From the NCBI GenBank assembly GCA_963725665.1, contig CAVRZA010000006.1, forward strand, positions 480,001 to 544,000: a stretch of 64,000 nt of DNA, read 5' to 3'. The notes beneath the pieces are model-generated. The model had not been told where the DNA came from. It saw only the letters and a list, made by a program, of their open reading frames with translations, and searched no databases. Origin of the DNA: an uncultured Actinomycetes bacterium. GTDB lineage: Bacteria > Actinomycetota > Thermoleophilia > UBA2241. This document shows, in pieces, positions 1 through 8,525 of this stretch (its first letter is position 1; each line of letters opens with the position of its first letter). Made by a program: the position numbers and the translations under genes.

Positions 1-1
1 C

Positions 2-661
2 GAGGGTGTCTCTCTCGAGACCACCCTCTACAAGCGCGCCGGCGCCGACGACATCCGCTCGGTGCTCGAGCAGGTCTCGACGGCCAACATCTCCGACGCC
101 TGGCACCGCCAGCCCAGCCTGCACGGCGTGCGACCGCTGTTCCCCGGCGCTCGCCTGTGCGGCCCGGCCGTCACCGTACGCACCTACCCCGGCGACTGGG
201 CCAAGCCGGTCGAGGCCATCGACCTCTGCCGGCCCGGCGACGTCCTGGTCATCGACGCCTTCAACTCCTATCCCGCCATCTGGGGCGAGCTAGCCACGCA
301 CAGCGCCATCGTGAAAGGGCTCGCCGGACTCGTCGTCTGGGGCGCCATCCGCGACACGCCCGAGATCGCCCGGCTCAGGTTCCCCGCCTTCTCGAGCCTC
401 GTGAGCGCCGACGCCGGCGAACCCAAGGGCTTCGGCGAGACCAACGTCCCACTTCACATCGCCGGACAGACGATCGAGCCGGGCGACTGGATAGTGGGCG
501 ACGACGACGGCGTCATGGTCCTCCCCAAGGCGCAGGCCGTAGAGCTCGCCAACCGCGCCATGGACGTGCTCGAGAAGGAGAACCGCCTGCGCGCCGAGAT
601 CGAGGGCGGCAAGACCCTCAGCGAGGTCGCCTACCTGCAGAAGTGGGAGAAGGCGCGCTAA
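2..661 (+). CDS. C-terminal RraA/MenG-like domain, probably of a hexulose-6-phosphate synthase-RraA fusion protein; 5' end runs off the window
   Basis: Frame is open from base 2 (EGVSLETTLYKRAG...). Motifs STANISDA, GDWAKPVEAID, WGELAT, GAIRD, GEPKGFGE, PGDWIVGDDDGV and the KENR...L.KWEK tail resemble the HPS-RraA fusions of methanogens. Confidence 0.75.
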   Translation, partial: EGVSLETTLYKRAGADDIRSVLEQVSTANISDAWHRQPSLHGVRPLFPGARLCGPAVTVRTYPGDWAKPVEAIDLCRPGDVLVIDAFNSYPAIWGELATHSAIVKGLAGLVVWGAIRDTPEIARLRFPAFSSLVSADAGEPKGFGETNVPLHIAGQTIEPGDWIVGDDDGVMVLPKAQAVELANRAMDVLEKENRLRAEIEGGKTLSEVAYLQKWEKAR

Positions 662-1315
662 CTAGCGCCGCGGGACGATCTTCCAGACGAGCCCGAAGCG
701 CGTGCGGTGGCCCATGACGGAGCTGTCGCTACGCGCGGGGCGCTGCCAATCGCCGTAGAACCGCACGCTGAAGCGGAACACGCGCGACTGCCCGGGCTTG
801 AGCACGCAGGCGCGCACCCGGTGGAACCTTGTCAGCGGTCCGGCCCACACGCGGTGGGTCGTCCCGTTCGCCCTCTTCCACCAGATACGCAGCCACAACT
901 TGTCCGAAAGCCGCGGCTGATCCGTGGGGGTGCTGCGCAGATTCCTCAGCCTCAGGTAGAGGACTCCCTCTACGTGTCCCCGGTTGCGGATGCGTGTGGC
1001 GCCCCGTGCGACCTGTCCGGGCATGAGCCTTGAGGCCTTGAGGATCGCGTGACCGCCCGTGCTGTTGCTGATCCTCGGCTTGGCCGCCTGGAACAGGCGC
1101 AGCGGATTCGTCAGGCTCAACTCGCCGGCCGCCGTCGACGCCAGGGCGACGCCCGCTACAAGGAGCGACAGCGCGACGATAACGACGACGAAGTGCTTGA
1201 CGAACAGCCTTCGTCGCCGCACAGGCCTCTCAGCCGAGAGCTGGCCACCACCAGAGATCGCCGGCAGCGAGCAGCGCGCGTCATCCGGCCCGGTATCCTT
1301 CACATCTGCGCTCAT
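662..1315 (-). CDS. Secreted or membrane-anchored TasA/CalY-like protein
   Basis: Start taken at ATG 1315 (MSADVK), overlapping the stop of the upstream ORF. Hydrophobic segment FVVVIVALSLLVAGVALA, then ILKASRLMPGQVARGATRIRNRG and LKPGQSRVFRFSVRF, a TasA/CalY-like pattern. Confidence 0.5.
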   Translation of the reverse strand: MSADVKDTGPDDARCSLPAISGGGQLSAERPVRRRRLFVKHFVVVIVALSLLVAGVALASTAAGELSLTNPLRLFQAAKPRISNSTGGHAILKASRLMPGQVARGATRIRNRGHVEGVLYLRLRNLRSTPTDQPRLSDKLWLRIWWKRANGTTHRVWAGPLTRFHRVRACVLKPGQSRVFRFSVRFYGDWQRPARSDSSVMGHRTRFGLVWKIVPRR

Positions 1316-1608
1316 TGGACCGTCACCGAGACCGGCACGCCGTACTGGTAGTAGGTCACGGTCACACCGGTGTAGGTGACCGTCACCAGCACGCGAGGGA
1401 CGTAGGTCACACCGCGCGTCGAGCCGCGCAGCCGCATCTGCAGGTTTACCTGCTGCTTGGGGCCGGCGGTCGTGAGCGTCACCGTCGTGTTGTATACGCC
1501 GGCCGTACCGAAGTTGGCCATGCCCCAGCGCGTGAACGGCTGGTAGCCGGTCGTCGGATCGGCCTGCACGCTCAGGGTCACCGTTATCGAGGTCACGCCG
1601 TTGGAGGG
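1312..1608 (-). pseudogene. 5'-truncated beta-rich (Thr/Val-rich) surface or pilin-like protein fragment
   Basis: Protein-like ORF 1312..1596 with GC3-biased codons and no signal peptide. An in-frame TGA lies four codons upstream of the GTG, and the divergent gene at 1704 leaves no room for an N-terminus. Confidence 0.4.
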
Positions 1609-1703
1609 TCACTTGCGCATCGGAGCCTCGGGCAGGAGAAACGAGCCGGGCTCGGAACGTTAGAGGACAAGCTTCACCAGTACCCGAGCGAGGGGGCTTC
1701 GCC

Positions 1704-3332
1704 ATGAGAGTTCGTCTGATCCTCGTCGGCATCGCCGCTCTGGCGTTCGCGCTCGTCGCGCTGCCGGCTGCGGCGCTGGCCGGTACCTACGTCGAGCCGT
1801 TCACGGTCATCACCGGTCCCGGGAACCAGGGGGAGCCGGCGGTCAGCGGCTCAGTCGTCCTGTGGGTCGACGACGCCAGCGGCCCCACGGTCATCCAGCA
1901 GCGCTACCTGCCGCCCTCGGGCCCACTCCTCACGCTCTCCACGAACACAACCGGCGGCCGTCACCACCCCTCGTACTCCGCCGGCCTCGCCGTGTGGTGG
2001 GACTCGCGCTACGGCGACGGCGACATCTGGGCCTACAGCGTGCTCAGCGGACACGAGTTCCCCGTCTACTTCGGCTCGGGAGAGCAGGTCGAGCCCTCGA
2101 CCTCCGACGGGTACGTCGTCTGGCAGGACGACCGCAACGGCACCTGGGACATCTACGGCGCCGTCGTCGATCCGGCCACCGACGCCATCAAGGACGTCTT
2201 CCCCGTCTACGTCGGGGAGGGCTCACAGACGCGTCCCATCGTGTACGGCAACACGGTGGTCTGGCAGGACGACCGCAACGGCACCTGGGACATCTACGGC
2301 GCCAGGCTCACCGCCGTCGACGCTACGAACTGGACCGCGGGGCCGTCCTTCGCCGTCTGCACCGCGGATAGGCTGCAGACCTGGCCCTCGACCGACGGCA
2401 CCACCGTCGTGTGGCAGGACTTCCGCAACAAGGAGTGGGACATCTACGGCGCGACCTTGGGTTCGGGGCTCACCCCGACTGTGACGCCTCTCGCGGAGCC
2501 CATCTGCGCCGCCTACGCGGCACAGACACACCCACAAGTGGCCCAGGAGCTTGCGGTCTGGCAGGACATGCGCGACACGCAAGCGAGTCTGAGCTACGGC
2601 GCCGACATCTGGGCCAGGGACATGAGCAGGGAGACCGAGTTCCCGATCGTCGTCGCGAAGGGCGACCAGGTGCTGCCCTCGCTCTCCTACAACACCGTGG
2701 TCTGGGAGGACGCGCGCGCGGGCAACAGCGATGTCTACGGTGCGACGGTGACCCCGTGGAGCATCTACGTGCGGGTCGGCGACGGCTCAGGGTGGACGAA
2801 GACGAGGAACCTCCTGGTCCACATGCTCGACGTGACGACGGACGTGAACCCGCCGGTGAGCGAGATGCTGGTGTTCAACGAGGGCGACGTCGTCTACGAC
2901 TGGCGCACGTTCGGCCCCACCTACGGCATCCTTCTCACCGCCGGCGACGGCCCGAAGAAGCTGGGGATCAGGTTCTCGGACTCGACCGACACGACGTCTC
3001 CGGTCCTGTGGGAGACGGTCAAGCTCGACATGACGCCGCCGGTCACCAAGGCGCCCTACGCCGCGAGCGTTCTCAAGGGGGGAATCGCGAAGCTGCAGTA
3101 CCGCGTGAACGACGCCCTGAGCCCGAAGGCCACTGTGACGATCAAGATCAAGACGCTCGGCGGCACACCAATGAGGACCCTGTCGCTGGGCAAGCACGTC
3201 ACGGGCAAGCTGCTCACGACGAGCTATCTCTGCAACCTCGCCAAGAAGAAGTACCGCTTCGAGGTCTGGGCGAAGGATCTCGCGGGCAACGCGGCGACCT
3301 CGATCGGCTTGAACTACCTGACGGTGAAGTAG
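1704..3332 (+). CDS. Secreted beta-propeller surface protein (Methanosarcina-type VVWQDxRNG repeats) with a basic C-terminal domain
   Basis: Sec signal MRVRLILVGIAALAFALVALPAAALA; about seven repeats of V(V)WQDDRNGTWDIYG; C-terminal DMTPPVTKAPYAASV...YRFEVWAKDLAGN...NYLTVK. Confidence 0.8.
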   Translation: MRVRLILVGIAALAFALVALPAAALAGTYVEPFTVITGPGNQGEPAVSGSVVLWVDDASGPTVIQQRYLPPSGPLLTLSTNTTGGRHHPSYSAGLAVWWDSRYGDGDIWAYSVLSGHEFPVYFGSGEQVEPSTSDGYVVWQDDRNGTWDIYGAVVDPATDAIKDVFPVYVGEGSQTRPIVYGNTVVWQDDRNGTWDIYGARLTAVDATNWTAGPSFAVCTADRLQTWPSTDGTTVVWQDFRNKEWDIYGATLGSGLTPTVTPLAEPICAAYAAQTHPQVAQELAVWQDMRDTQASLSYGADIWARDMSRETEFPIVVAKGDQVLPSLSYNTVVWEDARAGNSDVYGATVTPWSIYVRVGDGSGWTKTRNLLVHMLDVTTDVNPPVSEMLVFNEGDVVYDWRTFGPTYGILLTAGDGPKKLGIRFSDSTDTTSPVLWETVKLDMTPPVTKAPYAASVLKGGIAKLQYRVNDALSPKATVTIKIKTLGGTPMRTLSLGKHVTGKLLTTSYLCNLAKKKYRFEVWAKDLAGNAATSIGLNYLTVK

Positions 3333-3601
3333 CGGGCGGTTCCGTCAGAAGAGGACCGAGCCTGCTGCCAAGAACCCGCCAGGCAGCGGGGGCAGCTTCG
3401 GGCGACTGAGAACGACAGAAAGGGACCGGCACAGTCCGTCGTCGCTCTCGTGTTGCTGCTGCTCCACCACGCGTGGTTAACGCCAGTGGCGGCCGTGGTG
3501 ATGGCTGCCCACATGATCTGGGAGATGGACACCCCAGAGCCTAGGTTCACGACCATCCTCGTGTGCTACCCTCGGATTCGACGCGACCTTGGAGCGTGGG
3601 C

Positions 3602-3802
3602 ATGACAGGTGTCGGACGGCTTCTGTGGTGGCTTCTGTGGGCCGCCCTGGTCATCTTCCTCGCACTGGTCGCACTGCGGCTCGCACGTGTCCTCGGAATG
3701 GGCAGGCTCGCGCCTCTTCTGATTGCTCTGGGCGTTCTCTTTGTTGTTGCGGTCGCCTCGGGCATCCTCTTGGCACGGCGGCGCGAACGGCCCCGGCGGT
3801 AG
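3602..3802 (+). CDS. Small two-helix membrane protein of unknown function
   Basis: ATG at 3602 after GGAG; two hydrophobic helices and an Arg-rich tail. Confidence 0.45.
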   Translation: MTGVGRLLWWLLWAALVIFLALVALRLARVLGMGRLAPLLIALGVLFVVAVASGILLARRRERPRR

Positions 3803-3867
3803 CAGGCTGCTTCTCACTGACGGTCATCCATCTCAAATGCCGACCCATCTGAGCATCGCGACTGCCT

Positions 3868-4365
3868 TCATACAGCCTGCCTGTGCGGCCGCGCTGTATT
3901 GACCCTCGGGTGTGCCAGAACCTGCACCATGCGGCTCAGGTCCGCCGCCGTCGCGACCACGACGAGGTGACCCGCGCATCCGCAGTCGCTCGCGCCGAAG
4001 GGGGCGTTCTCGGGTTCGGCGAAAGCCGGCGCCGATCCGCTGCCCCCCGATGCCCGCGTCGCCGGGCGCTTCTGGTCCTCGACTCCCCGCACGGCCTCCC
4101 TGAGAAGGGCGGCCAGCTCACACTCGGTCAGCTCGGTGTCGATGAGCCACGAGCGCGTCGCCGTGTGACGCGAGAATAGGTAGTCGGCGTGCCAGCGCAG
4201 GGGCTTGTCAGGGCGCATGTGGCGCGCGACGCGGGCGTCCCGCCCGCGTCGCGCGCTCCCCACGTAGGCGTACCAGCCGCGCGCGAAGGTGATGGGGCCG
4301 AGCGCGCCGACCGTGATCGTCTCCCGGCGCGGCACCCACGCGGCGACGACGTAGAGGAGGTTCAC
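3868..4365 (-). CDS. GIY-YIG/Uri superfamily endonuclease (DUF123 type)
   Basis: Motifs VGALG, GWYAYVGSA, ARVARH, RWHADYL, ECELA and FGASDCGCAGHL. Probable GTG start at 4365. Confidence 0.8.
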   Translation of the reverse strand: MNLLYVVAAWVPRRETITVGALGPITFARGWYAYVGSARRGRDARVARHMRPDKPLRWHADYLFSRHTATRSWLIDTELTECELAALLREAVRGVEDQKRPATRASGGSGSAPAFAEPENAPFGASDCGCAGHLVVVATAADLSRMVQVLAHPRVNTARPHRQAV

Positions 4366-4473
4366 GCCGCGCGATGGTTCACGCGACACCGCTCGCGCGG
4401 CGCGACGGCCGGCATGACGTCGCCGCGGAAGGCTGCAGTGGCGATGCACACCCACTCGGGCTGTGCGTGGCGC

Positions 4474-5331
4474 TCACGCCTTGCGCGCCTTCACTCCAGA
4501 CACGTGCCGCCCCATGCGGCGCTTCGGCTGGCAGCGCGGGCAGAAGTGGGTCCCGCGGCCGCCCACGACCACGCGCTCGATGGGCGTGCCGCAGCGCCGG
4601 CAGGGCTCCCCGGTGCGCTGGTAGACGTTGAGCATCTCCTGGAAGCTCCCCGGCACTCCCTCGGGGTCGACGAAGCTGTCGACCGACGCGCCGGCTTGGG
4701 CGATTCCAAGCTCGAGCGTCTCGACGAGCGCGTCGCGCAGGCGCCCGGCACCGCGCGCGCCGACAGACCCGGCAGGACGCAAGGGGTGCAGCCCGGCGCG
4801 GAACAGCGCCTCGTCGGCGTAGATGTTGCCCACGCCGGCGATGCGCCGCTGGTCGAGCAGGAACGCCTTGAGCGGCGCGCGCCGCCCCAGGAGCAGGGCG
4901 CGCAGTCTGGCTGTGCTGAAGCCGGGGCTCAACGGCTCGACGCCGAGCTCGGCAAAGAACTGCTCGAGCTCGGCCTCGTCGCGGAGCGCCCACAGGCGCC
5001 CGAAGCGGCGCACGTCGAAGAAGTGCAGGAAGCTGCCGTCGTCGAACTCGATCGAGAAGCGCGGTAGACGCGGTGTCGGCGGGCGCTCGAGAAGGAGCTG
5101 CCCCGTCATGCGCAGGTGCACGACCAGGATGCCCTCATCGAGGTCGACGATGAGGTACTTGCCGCGCCTGCGCAGGGCGGCGACGCTGCGTCCCAGCGCC
5201 AGATGGCGCAGATCGGCGGCGAGCTGGGCGCTCACGGTCGCGTCGGCGACCGTGAGCGCCGCTATCCTCTTGCCCGCCAACGCCGGCTCCAGGCGGCGGC
5301 GGACGGTCTCGACCTCGGGCAGCTCAGGCAT
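4474..5331 (-). CDS. mutM: Formamidopyrimidine-DNA glycosylase
   Basis: N-terminal MPELPEVET, RRGKYL, HLRMTG, DVRRFG, GVGNIYADEALF, and a C-terminal zinc finger CRRC...CPRCQ. Confidence 0.96.
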   Translation of the reverse strand: MPELPEVETVRRRLEPALAGKRIAALTVADATVSAQLAADLRHLALGRSVAALRRRGKYLIVDLDEGILVVHLRMTGQLLLERPPTPRLPRFSIEFDDGSFLHFFDVRRFGRLWALRDEAELEQFFAELGVEPLSPGFSTARLRALLLGRRAPLKAFLLDQRRIAGVGNIYADEALFRAGLHPLRPAGSVGARGAGRLRDALVETLELGIAQAGASVDSFVDPEGVPGSFQEMLNVYQRTGEPCRRCGTPIERVVVGGRGTHFCPRCQPKRRMGRHVSGVKARKA

Positions 5332-5352
5332 CTCTCCCCACCGGACGGTCCT

Positions 5353-6861
5353 TCACATCTGCTGTTCCCACCAGGCAGCGAGGTAACGCTCAGCCTCCTC
5401 GCGCGAGATCACTTCGCCGGCATCCACCTCTTCCTGCAGAGCGGCCAGCGCCTGCCCGACGAGCGGGCCCGGAGCCACACCCAGCAGACGCATCACGTCG
5501 TCGCCGGTCAGCAGCCGCGGCGTGGGCGGCGGCAGGCCCTCCCAGACGTCGCGCGCGAGGCGGAAGTGACGCGCGATTGACTTGAGCGAGGTCTCCTCGC
5601 CACGCGTCGCCATGCGGTCGGCGAGCGAGACGACGAGAGCCTCGAAGACGTAGGGCTCGACGGCGCGCCTGAAGCGCACCAGGGCACGTCGGGTCAGGGG
5701 CTGCTCGCGCGCGAGGAAGCCGAGGCGCAGGTGCTGGCGCACCAGCACCTTGAGGTACTGCTCGAAGCGCTTCGAGAAGCGCAGGCGGCGCGCGACGTCG
5801 CCGACCAGGCGGGCGCCGATCTCGTCGTGGTACCAGAAGCGCACCAGGCCCGACTGCGGATCGACGTCGCGCGCCGCCGGCTTGCCGATGTCGTGCAGGA
5901 GCACGGCCCAGGCGAGGGGCGCGAACGGGCCGGCGCCGGCCAGCCCCAGCTCCGTGGGGCTCGCGAGCGGCGCCGGCCCGCCGAGCTGCGTCACGATGCC
6001 GGCCACGTAGGTCAGCGACTCGAGCGTGTGCTCGAAGACGTCGTGGTGGTGGTAGGGGTTCTGCGTCACGCCGCGCGTCGCCGCCACCTCCGGCAGCACC
6101 ACGGCCAGCGCGCCCAGCCGGTCGAGCTCGCGCACGGCGTCTCCCGCTGCCCCTCCAGGCAGGTCGAGCAAAACCGTCAGCTCCTGCTCGAGGCGTTCGC
6201 CGCTCACGTGCGCGAGCGCGGGAACAGCCTCGCGCGCTTGCTGTTCCGCATCGGCGGCCGGCTCGAGACCGAGACCGTGACGCAGACGGGCGAGGCGGAT
6301 CACACGCACCGGGTCGTTGGCGAACGCATCGGGCGCGCACGGGCGCAGCCGACGCTCGGCGAGATCGCGCGTGCCGCCGAGGGGGTCGATCAGGCGCTCC
6401 CGTCCTTCGGCCGTCTCTTCGGCGGCCCCTTCGGCCGCCCCCTCCGCCGTCTCTTCGACAGCCCCCTCGGCGCCGCGCGCCATGGCGTCGACGGTGAAGT
6501 CGCGCCCGCGTAGGTCGTCCTCGAGAGCGGGACCGCGCAGTGGCGCGAGGTCCACGTGCCACCCCGGGAGCACGACGCGATAGGTGGCGAAGCGTTCCGA
6601 GACGGGGTAGACAGCCCCGCCCAGCTCATCGGCCAGCCGGGCGGCGAGACGATCGACGGGCCCGCGAACGACGAGGTCGATGTCGCGTATCGGCAGTCCC
6701 AGGAGCTCGTCACGCAGAGCCCCGCCCACGACCCAGACGGCGGGGCGGCTCCCGCGCGCGGCGGGCGCGCGGGCGACGAGCTCACCGAGCAGACGGTGCG
6801 CGGCGGCGAGCAGGGCGTCCGGCGAGAGCCGGGCTCCCTGCTCGCCGCCGCCCTCGTCCAC
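5353..6861 (-). CDS. CCA tRNA nucleotidyltransferase/poly(A) polymerase family protein with HD domain
   Basis: VVGGALRD, DIDLV, DLRGRDFTVDAMA, DPVRVIR, HHHDVFEHT, LLHDIGK, LLTGDDVM. Start placed at GTG 6861, just past the alr stop. Confidence 0.85.
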   Translation of the reverse strand: MDEGGGEQGARLSPDALLAAAHRLLGELVARAPAARGSRPAVWVVGGALRDELLGLPIRDIDLVVRGPVDRLAARLADELGGAVYPVSERFATYRVVLPGWHVDLAPLRGPALEDDLRGRDFTVDAMARGAEGAVEETAEGAAEGAAEETAEGRERLIDPLGGTRDLAERRLRPCAPDAFANDPVRVIRLARLRHGLGLEPAADAEQQAREAVPALAHVSGERLEQELTVLLDLPGGAAGDAVRELDRLGALAVVLPEVAATRGVTQNPYHHHDVFEHTLESLTYVAGIVTQLGGPAPLASPTELGLAGAGPFAPLAWAVLLHDIGKPAARDVDPQSGLVRFWYHDEIGARLVGDVARRLRFSKRFEQYLKVLVRQHLRLGFLAREQPLTRRALVRFRRAVEPYVFEALVVSLADRMATRGEETSLKSIARHFRLARDVWEGLPPPTPRLLTGDDVMRLLGVAPGPLVGQALAALQEEVDAGEVISREEAERYLAAWWEQQM

Positions 6862-6866
6862 GGCCG

Positions 6867-7979
6867 CTACGAGCCGGCGCGGCCGCCGACGTAGCGGCGT
6901 ACCACGCGGGAGCTCACGTCGCAGGCGATCTCGTAGTTGATCGTCCCCAGAAGGTGGGCCACGTCCTCGGCGAGGATGCGTTCCTTGCCCGACTCCCCGA
7001 TGAACGTCACCGCGTCGCCAGGATGCCCGACCCCGTCGGGCAGCTCTATCGTCAGCTGGTCCATGCTGATCGTGCCCCTGATGCGACAGCGCCGGCCGGC
7101 GACGAGCACCCAGCCCCGGTTTGAGAGGGCGCGCGCGATGCCGTCGGCGTAACCGATGGGGACGATGCCCACGCGCGTGTGGTCCTCGGCGATGAAGGTG
7201 CGGCCGTAGCCGACCGAGTCCCCGGGAGCGATCTCGCGCACGCCGGCAAGGTAGGAGCTCAGACGCATGGCGGGGCGCAGTTCGTCGGTGACCGGGTCCT
7301 CGTTCCAGGGCGAGAGACCGTAGACGGCGATGCCGCAGCGCACCAGGTCGCACCGTGCGCGCGGGTCGCGCAGCGTCGCGGCGCTGTTGGCGGCGTGAGC
7401 GACCAGCGCGGGGTACGCGGCCTTCATGTGCCCGGCCAGCGTCAGGAAGCGATCGAGCTGATAGACGAAGAAGCCGCCCTCGAGCTCATCGGCGGTGGCG
7501 AAGTGGGTCATGAGGCCGATCAGCGCGCCTCCCACGCTCGTGATCTCCTCCGCCAGCGCCTCGCACTCCTCCTCGTGGACTCCCAGGCGCCCCATGCCCG
7601 AGTTGAACTTGACGTGCGTGCGCGCGCCGAGGCGCAAGGCCTCGACGACGAAGCGCCGCGACCAGACGACCACGTCGGCCCGCGCCCGCACCACTCGGGC
7701 AAGCTCGGCGCCCGTGAGCGGTCCGAAGACGATAACGGGGGCCGTGAAGCCGGCCGCGCGCAGCTCCTCGACCTCGGTCGCCGTCGCGACACCGAGGATC
7801 GACGCGCCGGCCGACAGCGCCGCTTCTGCCACGGGCACGGCGCCGTGCCCGTAGCCGTTGGCCTTGACCACGGCGCAGAAGGCGGCGCCGCGGGGCAGAA
7901 GAGAGGCGAGACGGTTGACGTTGTGTCGGATGGCCCCGAGGTCGATGGTCGCGAGGGCCCGTTCCCTGCCCGCGAGCAC
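6867..7979 (-). CDS. alr: Alanine racemase
   Basis: AVVKANGYGHG PLP motif, SGMGRLG, THFATAD, AANSAA, PIGYADG, GTISMDQ, GTINYE. Confidence 0.95.
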   Translation of the reverse strand: MLAGRERALATIDLGAIRHNVNRLASLLPRGAAFCAVVKANGYGHGAVPVAEAALSAGASILGVATATEVEELRAAGFTAPVIVFGPLTGAELARVVRARADVVVWSRRFVVEALRLGARTHVKFNSGMGRLGVHEEECEALAEEITSVGGALIGLMTHFATADELEGGFFVYQLDRFLTLAGHMKAAYPALVAHAANSAATLRDPRARCDLVRCGIAVYGLSPWNEDPVTDELRPAMRLSSYLAGVREIAPGDSVGYGRTFIAEDHTRVGIVPIGYADGIARALSNRGWVLVAGRRCRIRGTISMDQLTIELPDGVGHPGDAVTFIGESGKERILAEDVAHLLGTINYEIACDVSSRVVRRYVGGRAGS

Positions 7980-7988
7980 GCCGTCCTC

Positions 7989-8525
7989 CTAGAGCCCCAG
8001 GCTGTGGACGATGTCGGTGCGCGTGACCAGACCGACGAGCTTGCCGTCTTCGTCGACCACGGGGACGCGGTTGATCTTGTGGTCGCGCATCAGCGTCGCG
8101 GCCTTGCGCACGCCGTCGTCGGGATGCACCGTGTGGACCTTCGTCGTCATGACATCGCCCACCGTCGCCCCGACCGCCTTGCGCAGCCGCTCCTCGTACT
8201 TGTGGAAGCTGCCCAGGTAGACGATCGCGCCGAAGATGTCGATCTGCGCCGGCGCGTGGATGTCGGCCTCCTCCGCGATGAGGTCACCGTCGGTGACGAT
8301 GCCCACGAGCCGGCCGTCGCCATCGACCACCGGCGCCCCACCGATGTGCCGGCTGTGCATCAGTTCGGCGAGCTCCTGCACGCCGGTCTCGGGATGCACG
8401 CTGATCACATCGCGCTCCATGATGTCGGCCACGGCCGTCTCAGTCTTCGGCTCGCCGGCCGCCTCCTCGGTAGCCCCGCCGGCCGCCTCCGCGGCCGCGT
8501 CGAGGTCACGTCCCTCAGTGTCCAT
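7989..8525 (-). CDS. CBS domain pair protein
   Basis: Two CBS motifs (VADIMERDV...GAPVVD...GIVTDGD and VGDVMT...RVPVVD...GLVTRTD). Confidence 0.85.
   Translation of the reverse strand: MDTEGRDLDAAAEAAGGATEEAAGEPKTETAVADIMERDVISVHPETGVQELAELMHSRHIGGAPVVDGDGRLVGIVTDGDLIAEEADIHAPAQIDIFGAIVYLGSFHKYEERLRKAVGATVGDVMTTKVHTVHPDDGVRKAATLMRDHKINRVPVVDEDGKLVGLVTRTDIVHSLGL

Noticed and set aside
1597-1620. Selenocysteine readthrough of the TGA in ATG-CGC-AAG-TGA
   Set aside because: No redox motif context, no convincing SECIS hairpin, and the downstream protein has no cysteines.
2118-2303. Identical 45-bp direct repeat (2118 and 2259)
   Set aside because: It encodes the conserved VWQDDRNGTWDIYGA propeller blade motif and is not an att site or target duplication.
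3314-3604. Short ORFs on both strands downstream of the propeller gene
   Set aside because: No recognisable motif or RBS, and I cannot choose a coding frame with any support.
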